DNA of 64,000 nt from Felis catus (lineage: Eukaryota): the NCBI RefSeq assembly GCF_018350175.1, contig NC_058378.1, positions 71,114,001 through 71,178,000 of the forward strand, read 5' to 3'. Both the position numbers and the translations under genes were made by a program. The notes below the pieces were generated by a model. That model was given only the letters and a program-made list of their open reading frames with translations, was not told the origin of the DNA and did no database searches. Positions within the stretch are counted from its first letter, which is position 1. Every line of letters starts with the position of its first letter. Positions 21,547-33,506 of this stretch are shown piece after piece.

Positions 21547-22555
21547 GGGACTGTGCCACTAACACATCACTAACACATCAGGCTTCAGGGAAGGGCCAGC
21601 TTGCCTGCACAAGTTCAGACCACGATTTGAACCCTGGCTGGAACGCTCTCCATCCAGGCCTGGTGCTTGACTTACAAGCCTCTCTGGGCCCTGCGGTGCA
21701 TGTGTTTCAAGAGGGATAACATCCCCATCTATAGCCCTGGGGCTGCTAGGGGACTAGAGACTTTCTAGAAGGGTGTGGTGGCCACCGCTGCTGTTAGAAT
21801 GTGAAGCACCCAGAATATTCCAACCAAGCTTCTCCCAGAGAACCACTTCCTCCAGACCCCTGGGTAACAAGCTGAGGGTCTCCCAACCAATGGGACTGGC
21901 CTCAGGCGGTGGCTCGAGGACTGACATACGTGACCGGGTTACTCCATGAGGAATGGCCGGTGCCTTCCCGATGAACGGAGCGCCTCCTCCCTACTTGAGC
22001 CATCCGCCTACCCTCTGCCCTCTCCCCTGCCAGGGCAGGGCCGCCCAGGGTGAGACCCAGCGACGCCGCTCTGTGCACACCCGGGCTCCGGGGCACCTAC
22101 CTGCAGATTCTTGGGGACATGTAATGGGAAGCCTCAGGCGACGGCCCTCCCCTCGGCCAGCACTTGGCCCTTAAACTGGGGCCCCACCGCTCCACGCGAA
22201 TGAGCAACGGAGCCCCTCTGGCTGGAATCAACCCAGGACGGTTCTCCCAGCCCGGAAGCTCTACTGAAGGTAAGTGCAAAACAAGGGCCTCATACCACGA
22301 ATTTCCCTGATTAAGAATGGAGGGCACGCTGACCTTTGTTCCAATCGGCTTCCTGCGCCCAAGCAAGAAAACATTTCGGGTTTGTATCAACTTCCTCAGT
22401 TTTCCTGCCAACCTGGGAACCACTGCCCTTATCCCAGCATCGTACGTTTCCCACTCATGGGGCTGAGGTGCGAAAGCAAAGGTCTGTTTCATGCTTGTAA
22501 CGTTCACGGAGGAGAAACAGGACGGCACTCTCCTCCAGGCAGGACAGAGGCTTAC

Positions 22556-22645
22556 TTTCGGGCCGCTCAGGCGCTGGGCGTCTGGGGTGTACTGATTTCC
22601 CTCGGGCGCTCCTTCTGCAGGCAGGCCACTCACCTCCTGGATGAC
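22556..22645 (-). CDS. AFAP1L2: AFAP1L2 exon (VIQEVSGLPAEGAPEGNQYTPDAQRLSGPK)
   Basis: ccttcag acceptor, AAA|gtaag donor, 90 nt. Confidence 0.93.
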
Positions 22646-24053
22646 CTGAAGGACGAGAAAGCCGTCAGCGGAGTCGCCTGCCGGCCGGTACTCACGACCA
22701 GACGGCAGCTGGAGCCCCTGGAGGGGGAGCGGCTGGAGGCGACAGGCGACGCACAATTTCCAAGGGACGGAGACCCCGCCTCTCACCCCTGGCACCTGGC
22801 CCGTGACCGGGCAGCCTGCGGTGGGGGCGGCCCGTTCCGTGGGCCCACTCCCCTGCAGACCCCCCCCCCCACCCATGTTCCGCTGGTGGCCGCTTTACCG
22901 CAAAGCCTAAAGATGGCCCAAGCCGCCAGCCCTCAGCTCTGCCAGCCCCCTCCCTGCCCTCATCCTGGGCAGGATGGGCCGTTCGGCCGCGGGTCTGATG
23001 AAGAAGTGCACTTGTCAGCTGCCCCCCCCCGCCCCCCGGCTTTTCGGGAGCCATGGAGCTTGCTGCGGAGAGCCTCCACGCTGCTCAGGAAACAGGCCTG
23101 CCAACGGCCTTGGTCCGGCACTGGCTGTCCATCCAGACTCACCTGTCACAGTCCACCCCCCCGGAAGGAGCCTTTTAACTGGGGGCGAGGGGGGGTGCTG
23201 GGCTGGGGGCACCAGGGTCAGAGGCGGCTCTGGCCACTCTCAGAACCGCTGTTCTGAGCCCGGAGCCACCTGGGGGATTTCCAGAGGGTCAGAGCCCCGG
23301 GCAGCCACCAACAGCAAGAGTACGTTCAGAGACCCTCCCTTTTCGGTGGCTGCTTAGAGCAGTTTATAGAGACAAGTTCAAAATGCGAAAAGCCGAAGAA
23401 CAAAAGGAAGAAGGGCGGTGGGGACGGGGGAACACACAGCACTTCTCGCCTCTCCCACGGACTCCAGTTCGGGACGCTGGTCCACACGGCGGACCAAACG
23501 TGCAACGTGGTGCCGTGGGAAGAGGGCAGCACGGCAGTCGGCCCGCCAGCTGCGTGATCACGGGCCTAAGCTTCAGTCACCACGTCTGTGGGATGGGACG
23601 ACACCGACACCACCGGGCGGCTGTGAGGACTCGGTAAAGGACTCGGCACGGGCCAGGCACGTTCGTTACCATCCTCATTAGCTGGGGGCTGGATATGCGG
23701 ACCCCTTCGCAGGGGGAGCATGCTAAGCCTGGAGTCCAGGCTCGAGGGCTTCTCTGGGGGAGCCCTGCCTTGTGCTTTCCTTTTCTGGGGTTCTCATCCC
23801 ATATCCGCATTTCCCGTTCACCGCCACCTACTGTCCCTACAGCCAGGCCCATCTCTGTGCTCACCTGACCAGGGAGGAGAAGGGCCTCTGTGAAGGCCCA
23901 CAGAGAGGCTGTGCCTTCTGGAAGTATTCTTGTCTTTGAAACCACCGGCAGGGGTCTCAAGACGAGGGCATGAGAGTTGGGAAGGGAGGCTGGGGTCAGA
24001 GGAAGAGCAGGTGAGTGTGAGCAGTCAGAGGAATAGCACTGGGAGCAGGAGTA

Positions 24054-24178
24054 GCGCGCGCGCGTGTGTGTGTGTGTGTGTGTGTGCACGCACGCACGCA
24101 TGTGTGTACATGCATGCAAGTGTGTGTGTGTGTATCTGCAAGTGTGTGTGCATGTAAGTATTTGTATGTACATGTGTG
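24054..24178. repeat. (CG)n(TG)n/(CA) alternating purine-pyrimidine microsatellite
   Basis: Directly visible. Confidence 0.9.
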
Positions 24179-24240
24179 GATGGGGTAGAGGGCAGCTATG
24201 GTGAGTGCCCCTACACTGGACATGCATCAGTGTGGCCGTG

Positions 24241-25452
24241 ATAGAGGAGGTGGGGAGAGAAGGAAAGAGGAAGGGAGGGAGGGAGGAAGGGGAGAAGGGG
24301 AGAAGGGGGGAAGGAGGGAAAGATGGAAGGAAGAAAGGAAGAAAGGAAGGAAGGGGAGAAGAAGGGAAAGGAAGGGGGAGGAAGGGGTGAGTAAGGGGGG
24401 AAGGAGGGAAAGAGGGGGGGAAGGAAGGAGAGGGAAAGTGTAAGGAGGGAGGTAGGGGGAAGAGGGGAAGGAAGGAAGGGGGAAAGGAGGGGGAAGGAGG
24501 GAAGGAAGTAGTGGAGGAAAGGGGAATGAACGGAGGGAGGGAAGGAAGTTTGGAAGGAAGGGGGAAGNNNNNNNNNNNNNNNNNNNNNNNNNNNNNNNNN
24601 NNNNNNNNNNNNNNNNNNNNNNNNNNNNNNNNNNNNNNNNNNNNNNNNNNNNNNNNNNNNNNNNNNNNNNNNNNNNNNNNNNNNNNNNNNNNNNNNNNNN
24701 NNNNNNNNNNNNNNNNNNNNNNNNNNNGGGAGGTAGGGGGAAGAGGGGAAGGAAGGGGGAAAGGAGAGGGGAAGGAGGGAAGGAANNNNNNNNNNNNNNN
24801 NNNNNNNNNNNNNNNNNNNNNNNNNNNNNNNNNNNNNNNNNNNNNNNNNNNNNNNNNNNNNNNNNNNNNNNNNNNNNNNNNNNNNNNNNNNNNNNNNNNN
24901 NNNNNNNNNNNNNNNNNNNNNNNNNNNNNNNNNNNNNNNNNNNNNNNNNNNNNNNNNNNNNNNNNNNNNNNNNNNNNNNNNNNNNNNNNNNNNNNNNNNN
25001 NNNNNNNNNNNNNNNNNNNNNNNNNNNNNNNNNNNNNNNNNNNNNNNNNNNNNNNNNNNNNNNNNNNNNNNNNNNNNNNNNNNNNNNNNNNNNNNNNNNN
25101 NNNNNNNNNNNNNNNNNNNNNNNNNNNNNNNNNNNNNNNNNNNNNNNNNNNNNNNNNNNNNNNGGGAANNNNNNNNNNNNNNNNNNNNNNNNNNNNNNNN
25201 NNNNNNNNNNNNNNNNNNNNNNNNNNNNNNNNNNNNNNNNNNNNNNNNNNNNNNNNNNNNNNNNNNNNNNNNNNNNNNNNNNNNNNNNNNNNNNNNNNNN
25301 NNNNNNNNNNNNNNNNNNNNNNNNNNNNNNNNNNNNNNNNNNNNNNNNNNNNNNNNNNNNNNNNNNNNNNNNNNNNNNNNNNNNNNNNNNNNNNNNNNNN
25401 NNNNNNNNNNNNNNNNNNNNNNNNNNNNNNNNNNNNNNNNNNNNNNNNNNNN
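24241..25452. repeat. GA-rich polypurine tract interrupted by assembly gaps (N 24568-24727, 24786-25163, 25169-25452)
   Basis: Directly visible. Confidence 0.92.
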
Positions 25453-25634
25453 TCTCACCAGGGGTCCTGCTGGGTCTGGAGATCCCTCTGCAGCTGTGGG
25501 CCCCTTCTTGGTGCAAACCTCATACCTTCTGGAATTGTCATGCTTAGTTTTCATATGGGGCAAACCAGGTTTCATCATCACTGGGAGCTGTACCGCGTAT
25601 CTGTAGGCAGAACTGACCAAGGCCATTTGTGATG

Positions 25635-25865
25635 GTAGAATAGAGGGCTGCGGTCACGCAGCACCAGGTTTGAGACCCAGTCCTGCCACTCACTGGCCAG
25701 GTGACCTCGATTGGTCATCTCCTTCCTCTGAGCCTTAATCACCCCTGTAAAATGGCAGTATTAACATCGCCCAGCGCCCCCCCGCCCCCCCCCCCCCCCA
25801 CCCAGTGTGGTTAGGTGGGTTAAGTTTGCCAAGAACACATGGCCCATGGTAAGTGCTTTACACGT
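25635..25865. mobile_element. MIR SINE remnant
   Basis: cagtcctgccactcactggccaggtgacctc...ctctgagccttaatc...ctgtaaaatgg MIR core. Confidence 0.6.
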
Positions 25866-26168
25866 GGCTGTGCTGTCGATTCTTCCTTAATAAGGAGGCT
25901 CGTGGTGCCTCTCTACAGGCCAAAAGGCAAACGAGTGTCCCCAAGGGCCCAGCTCCAGGCCCGGCAGCAGGGTGCCGTGATCCCTTCGTTCCGAATGATG
26001 GCTACCACCTGGAACACGGAAGCCCTGGGAGTTTGAAGGACTGTAGATCCTTTACCCTTGACAATGGCCATCCCTTGTAGAAAAAGTCAGGGAGGCAGAA
26101 CTGAGGAGCCCCCGGGGAGCCCGCAGGGGAGCAGGCCCGTGTCCCCCCCAGCCCAGTGCCACCCTCAC

Positions 26169-26348
26169 CCTGAGCCACTGCTCTGCTTGGTCCCTGCTCT
26201 GCAGGCCGAGCACGATCACGTCGGCGTTCATGGGCGTGATCTTTAGCTTGTGCTCCTTCTTCCGCACTTGCTTCTCCTTGTGGATGACGCTGCTGCCCAC
26301 CAAGTTCACGTCCAGCTGCGGGCTGTGGTCCTTGGAGGATTTGTAGCA
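26169..26348 (-). CDS. AFAP1L2: AFAP1L2 exon, PH1 domain (CYKSSKDHSPQLDVNLVGSSVIHKEKQVRKKEHKLKITP...QAEQWLR)
   Basis: cccttctag acceptor, AGG|gtgag donor, 180 nt. Confidence 0.96.
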
Positions 26349-27320
26349 CTAGAAGGGAAGGGAGACGCTCTGAGGCTTTGCCAGGCCTGGTGGGGTTCCA
26401 CAGCAGGAACCCCGGGACCTGGGCGCTCCCCAGCAAAACCAAAGATGCGGACCCGTGGCCTCGAATATCAGCAGCTCTTGTTCTCGGCACCAGAGCGACC
26501 AGGCTGAATGTTTCCCCTCCCGCCCCCTCCTCCTTGCCAGTCTCGCCCAGGGATGCCCCAGACCCCGCTTATCCATGCTGCTTGAAGGTCCCTGTAGGCC
26601 TCAGGTTGCTCCTAAAAACATCCTCTGTAGCCAACTCTCATACTTCTGGCTGGACTCACTCACTTCCCCACCTGTCTACATTTCTTGCTTAGCGCCCTCA
26701 GGAAGGGGGCCGTAGGGAACCGAGACTGAGCTTCGTATCTGCTTAGTTCAGAAAATGGTGTGTTTGTGAAAAAACACGGGGATTTGCTTCCCCTCCCAAA
26801 ATACTTGGCCCCTCAATTTGTCACAGGTATAAAGGGCGTCCTCACGGGGCTGCTGAACAGGCTTACCAGAAAGAACATCTGCACAGAATCGGGCATGTTG
26901 TGAGTGGTGAATTAAGGGCACTTATAATGATTCCAAGGAACTGCCAATTAGGACATAAAACTGTGAATTTTAATTTAGAATCGCAGGAAACAGGGCTGTG
27001 GTCAGAGTAACAGCTTCCGATTTCCTTAGGGGTTTTGTCTTATAATCAGTAATTCAAAATACTGTGACTTCTGAGACGATGCCTCTCATCCTAGTGCCGC
27101 ACAGGCGAGTGCAGTAGCCGGAACTGGGGCTGGGCGAGTCCTGACCGTGCAGCAGGGTGGGGTCAGGATGTGAGGAAGGAGCCCTCAGGCCGAGGGGACA
27201 AGATTCCTGGAATCCGTCTACGGGATGGGACTCGGGGCAGGGAGTGGTAACCCCAGCCCCCTCTGAATGACAGATGAAGGCTACTAGACCCTTTTAGTTG
27301 AGATAAGGCACTTCCGTTCA

Positions 27321-27860
<540 letters not shown>

Positions 27861-29169
27861 TCAGTGAAGCTTCCTGGATGCTGCTTCTGGCCACAGACGC
27901 GTAACTAAAACCAGGAGTCTCTCCCTTTTCCTCCTCAAATCTGTCACCCCAGGCTCCGCAGAAACCTCCGACGAGACACTGCCCACAGGCGACTGTTCGC
28001 GCTTCACAAGGCCAGTGCCCCCCACCTCCACCCCCGGGGCCTGTTTCTTCACCTAAAGGAAGAAGCAGGGGGTGAGCCTAGCAACCGGCATTCTATGGGC
28101 CGCAGGAAGGGCTCACCATCTGAGCCCAGGCTGGGCGCATGCTGAGCCTCCCACAGCCGCCTGCCCAGCAGGGCCTGCTCTGTCCCCGGTCTTGTCCTGG
28201 GAGTGGGGGGGGTGGGGGAGGTGGGCTATAGCTTCTTAGGGTGAAAGAAACCGCAGTCGGAAATGGCTCTGTGGGGAAGGCCGGCCGGCCCCCTCAGTCG
28301 CAGCCCTTTCCCAAACCCGCTTCCAGCCTCCCCAGACTCTGCTCGCTCTCCCCCGCCCACTGCACACCTCCCTGCACAGACAGCCCCTTCTGCTGGCTTC
28401 CATTCCTGCCCTTCCTCCGCCTCTGGCGACCAGCCCGCCTCACGCGTGCGTTCCGTTCAAGAGAATCCCCAAGCTCACCAAGCACAAACTGTTCGATTCT
28501 GTGCACGCTCCACGTGCCTCAGTTTCTGTCCTCCCCCCGGACCCTGCGAGAGTTGCTCTGTTCTCTAGGCCTCGCTGCGCTATTCAAGATCAACAAACAC
28601 TAGGTGAAGGACAAAGTCAGTAAACCCCCAAAAAGCGGGACACGGAGAAAAGAGAATCTCAGGATCTCTGGTGCAATCCCTGCCTCGGCACGCAAATCCT
28701 GTCTGTTGGAATCTCGGTGCTGCGCTGGCCTCTGCTTGATTTCCCCCCTGGATGGGGAGCTCACTATCTTATGAGCACTGGATACCTCGTTCTATTACTG
28801 GGTAGCGATAACAGAAAGTCAGGCCGCTATCTACTCCCCCGGGACTTCTACAGACATGCTCTGGCCCTCTGAGTCGCAGTGAATACACCTCCTCTACCCT
28901 CCCCTGATCCCCTTTGGAAAAAAGTCAGCCTGTGGGCCCATAGCCTTCCCTTCTGCAGAAGCCCCTTCTACTATCTGCACAGCCGGGGTCCTACATACTA
29001 GGAAAACAGCACCACCTCTGAATTAAATCATAGAAAAACGGAACGAGGCCACGGCCACAGTTATCCCAGCTCCAATGCCAATGAAAATGTGCTTTACTAT
29101 TCCTAAAAACAACACCGTCGGTATTTTAACACCAGCTTTCTTCAAAAGCTCCCTTTCACATCGTCATAA

Positions 29170-29395
29170 AAACGGGGCACAGTTCATAATTTCACACCTA
29201 TTAAAGAAGCAAAGATTGAAAGCCGTGGCGTAGCCAGTGGGAGAGCCGAACTCTCCCACTGCCGGTAGGAACATACAGGAACGCAGGCCTCTCAGAAGAC
29301 TACCCGGCAGCTTGTTGTTTTGTATCGAGAGCCGTAAAAACACCCATGCCCTTTGACCCCCACAATCCCAGTCCTGGGAGTTGATCCTAGGAAAC
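29170..29395 (+). mobile_element. Old L1 ORF2 3' remnant
   Basis: atttcacacctattaa...gcaaagatt...ctttgaccccacaatcccagtcctggg. Confidence 0.6.
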
Positions 29396-30461
29396 TAGTT
29401 TTTTTTTTTTTTTTTTTAAATAAAGAAGCGGAGGGTGGGGGAGGTTACATGCGTCAAGATATTAAATCCAGGGCCATTTACAGTCAGCGGAAGGAGAGTA
29501 GGGAGGTGGGGAAGCATGACTGCATCCACTCTGGAGCATGCCCTGCGACAATCATCAAGGAGAACTCTGAAGGCCAGTCCCCAGCCCAGTAAATAGGATC
29601 TAAGTAAGAAGGCCCAGTTAAACTGATATGTGCGAGCTTTTATACCCACAGCTCGGTACTGAAAGGCAACAGGGAGAACTCAAGATAGCTGATTTGACCA
29701 GGTGGGAGGAGCAGGGTGATTTTACTTGAAAAAAAAAAAAAAATGTCCTCATGGTCACTGCAGTATTATCTGTACAAGAAGTGAAGAACGATACAATGTC
29801 ACTGGGATGCCTCCTTCAGTAGCAAAACTTAATAGAGGGAGGCCTCCGAGTTTAGCACGAAGAAGTGGGCCGAACCCCCTCACTGGTTGTGCTTCTGGGG
29901 TCCCCCAGGTGTTCCGTGGAAAATTCTAACACCTGTCCATCCACTCCGGGGCGGTCTGCGGAAGCTGAGAACAAACAGCAAATCGCAGTAGCTCAAACTA
30001 CCTGCAGCCGCACCGGGGGAGCTTGGGGCAAATGCACTGTAACTTCATTTATGTCTAAGAGCGATCATAACACGGCCGTGAACGTAGGGCAGTCTTAAAG
30101 CAGGTACTTGGCTTCCAGGGGTCACGGGACGAACAGGAGTGACAGGCAGGATGCTCGGACGATTCCATCCCATTTCTGCACCCCTGGGTGGACCGCACCC
30201 CAGCATGTGCTGCTGGAGGTTTTGGGGAACAGAGGGCAGAACCACCACGCGGCGTTCTGGTCCTTCGCCCACGCATGCGGATGCCAGCTGTGGAAGGCCG
30301 AGTAAGTCTCTCCTTCCGGAAGGATGACACATGCCGTGCACATGCAGGAACCATGCACAAGGCCCATGCGCAGGGCCACCCTCGGGGCATGCATCCTATT
30401 CCCTGAGAGGCAGGCAGCAGGCACCAAGTCACTGGCATTCAGCTCTGGGGACAGACAGTAC

Positions 30462-30545
30462 CCAAGGTGATCGTGGCGTAAATGACTCCGTCGGGCACCT
30501 GGACCCATCTGGGGATTCCAGTGGGCGAGAATCCACCACAGTGAC
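30462..30545 (-). CDS. AFAP1L2: Probable alternative cassette exon of AFAP1L2 (GHCGGFSPTGIPRWVQVPDGVIYATITL)
   Basis: Long pyrimidine tract plus tacag acceptor, TGG|gtact donor, 84 nt, phase 1-1 matching the flanking exons, no stop, cluster of GCATG motifs downstream. Confidence 0.72.
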
Positions 30546-32205
30546 CTGTATGAGATCCAGAAGCACAGAGAAAGGCAAGGTGGAGAGACACAAGCTGAAG
30601 AGAGGGACAGACCCAAGCGCGGAGGGTGACACAGAGAGACCCAGTTGTCCACCACAAGCCAGTACTTCCCCACTGGAGGGGTGGGTTCTCAGGAGAGGCC
30701 CTAGCCCGACCCAGGACATCTTTCCTCAGCACCTTCTCAACCAGAGATGACCGCGCAAGTACTCGTCACCAGTGGGAGGTGCGTAGAAGGCCCCTCTGGC
30801 TGGTACTTTTAAGAAGCACGTAGGAATTCTCTGCTGTCTCTTTGCAGAGGATTCTGTGGCCTTAGAGGGTGGCTGAGCCCACACTGGAAGGCGGCTAAAC
30901 TACCTGGTGAGCAGTGATCCCCACATAGGACAGTTCACGAGAAACAGACGTGTACTGTGTCACCATAACCTGGAAGGGAGGTTATCTGCTCCAGGAGCTG
31001 CCAGGTCCCCCACACGAGACACTACAGGCCAAGTAGCTGATGTCTCGGGCAAGGAGGCCTGACCCTCGTATCTCCTGCACAGGCCATCAGGGCGCTTACT
31101 AAGCTGTTACTCGGAGAGAGGGACCTGCCCCATCAGAGCCGGGTGGGGACAGTGCTGATGAAGCAGGACAAGAGCCCAAGCAACCGCTCTCTTGAAGGAA
31201 GTCCGCAAAATGGCTGGTGGCCAGTGGACCAGGGCAGGGGGCAGGGGGCCAGAGGTCACTCCTCCCGGTGTGACCAGCACGTGTCACCGCTCAAACAGGT
31301 GCAGGGGACAACAAGCAGGAAGTGAGGGCAGGCCGGCTTTCATATGCCGGTGACGCCCTCCCTTCGCGGCCCGTGTGACCAGTTCTCCCCAGGTCGTCCC
31401 CGGTCCTTGTCCCGGCACGAGAGGACAGGCCGTCGGCATTCTTCCTGCGCACCTTGCTGTGTTCACGCCGTCCCCACAGGGACGCCCCGGTCCCGGCTAA
31501 GACCAACCTGAATTCACAGTCGAGAGACAAACCCCGACAAGCTTGAGCCCACTTGTTGATGACGAGGTGTGTGTCTGCCCCACAGACAGGCCCCCGGGAG
31601 CGTCTGGGAGGCAGGCCCCGGCTGGCACGGGCCACACCCCGGAGAGCCAGGCTTGCGAGGCTCAGAGGTGCTCGTCACGGTGAGTCACAGCTTCCTCCTT
31701 CCACACGCATGAGGATGGCCGCGCCGCACCGTCGGCTTTGCTCTGGAATCACAGCCCCGCCGGAGACGTGGCAACACCCCACACGCTCAGTGGGTTCAAG
31801 CTAAGTGATGCCCGCCCACAAACCAGGAGAATAAAATAACCTCCATCCAAACAGGCCCTCACCTCCCACACAGTTCCTGGGACCGGAGGCAGTAGGTAAA
31901 GTGTGGAGAAGGATCCGACGCGGCTCCAAGGGACCCGTCCCACGTGATCTCTGGTCCTGTTCCTTACAGAGCCGACAACACCCCTCTCCAGCCAAGTTCC
32001 TTCCCACCACCAGGGACCCTTGCCTCTTGCATCTGCAAACTGCTCTGTGCTCTCAAAGACCTTTCACTTATCAAGGAAAGGAGCAGACTGAGGAAGAGGG
32101 GGGAGCGAGAGGGCCAGAGTCCAGCTGCTCGAGTAGGCCCGTGATACTCTTCCTTCTGGAACTTTTGGGGCCTTTCTGTGCTAGCGAATCCCTACGCCAA
32201 GAGCA

Positions 32206-32424
32206 CTTTTTTTTTTTAAGTTTATTTATTTATTTTGAGAGAGTGAGAGAGAGCATAAGCAGGGGAGAGGCAGAGAGAGAGAGAGAAGGGGACAGAGAAT
32301 CCCAAGCAGGCTCTGCACTGTCAGCGTGCCGCCCTACGTGGGGCCTGAACTCACAAAACCATGAGATCAGACCCGAGCCAAAACCAAGAGTTGGACACTT
32401 AACCAACTGAGCCACCCGGGCGCC
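32206..32424 (-). mobile_element. Can-SINE
   Basis: Antisense SINEC; TSD-like agagcactt on both sides. Confidence 0.9.
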
Positions 32425-32559
32425 TACCCCCTCCAGAGCACTTCTGATCTGAATCTCCCAGGCTGAGAACCACTGGCCAAGGCCAGAGGGCTCCAGTGTG
32501 AGTCCTGCCCCTATGGCACAGGTCACCTTAATTCCTAAGTTAGGTCAGTCACTAAGTAA

Positions 32560-33030
32560 CCCTCCAAAGGCTTGCAGTCTCATCAGAGAGAAGCCAAAGT
32601 CCTCACCATGACTGGCTGACTTCTTTACCCTTGCTCCAGCCACACAGGCCTCCTTGCTGTTCCTTAAACATGCTGAGAGCCACACACCCGCCCCCCCCCC
32701 CCCCCCCCGCCTCAGGGCCTTTGCATGTGCTACATGGTCTGGAAAGTTCTTCCTGGAGGTCTCTGCCTTCCCCACATTCCATTTCATTCAGGAATCAGCT
32801 CCAGGTCATGCTGTCAGAGAGGCCTTCCCTGTTTAAAATAACACCTTCTCCTGCCCCAACCCAGCACCTATGCTTTCCATCCTAACACTGTATTGTCACC
32901 TGACATGTCCCATGTTTATTTGTTTTTTGTCTTCCCTCACAGAATCTAAGGGCTGTGACTCTGGACTGTCCTGAGCTCTGCTGAGCTCCTGACTCCCAAA
33001 AGCATGCTTGGCACACAGAGTGAGCACAGT
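32560..33030. mobile_element. L2 3' remnant
   Basis: ctccagccacacaggcctccttgctgttcctt...cagggcctttgca..., typical of the L2 3' region. Confidence 0.6.
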
Positions 33031-33415
33031 TAACTATCAGGCCAACGGAGAGCCCCAGAAACAGCTCTGGCTCGGCCGGACCACATTCCCGTTGCTTACA
33101 CGTGTCCCTGGACTGACCCACCTCTCCTCCATCACATTTCTGTGCCAAAGCCAGCACCGTCCAGATGGGAACGGCATCAGACACAGGAAACCAGCTCACC
33201 GTGGACCATCCCACGCCTCCTCGCAGGCGGCCTGGGTCTGCTGGGAGCTCTCAGCTCCCCACCAGAGCAGAGGCCCAATGCTCTGTGTTCAGTTCTCAAT
33301 TCGGGCCACGCTCTCTGGGAACAGCAGCCCAGGCTGCCCGCGGCTTCCAGCCCTGGCATCTGTGCAGGAAGTGACTGGACCCCCTCCGAGTCCCAGCCCT
33401 GGCCCCGGGGTGTAC

Positions 33416-33506
33416 CGTTGAGTGATGTGTCGTATGGCTCAGCCTCTTCATAGTAACCCTCTGGAGACTCAATCTTGGGGACGGAGAGTTGCTTCCGCTC
33501 TGGAAT
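33416..33506 (-). CDS. AFAP1L2: AFAP1L2 exon (IPERKQLSVPKIESPEGYYEEAEPYDTSLN)
   Basis: ccacag acceptor, ACG|gtac donor, 91 nt; YYEE SH2-type motif. Confidence 0.95.

Noticed and set aside
22097-23357. ORFs of 327 aa (+) and 259 aa (-)
   Set aside because: GC-rich stop-poor intron; only 22556-22645 resembles a known protein (an AFAP1L2 exon)
24211-25632. Long ORFs of 373-471 aa
   Set aside because: Artefacts of translating N gaps and GA-rich low-complexity sequence
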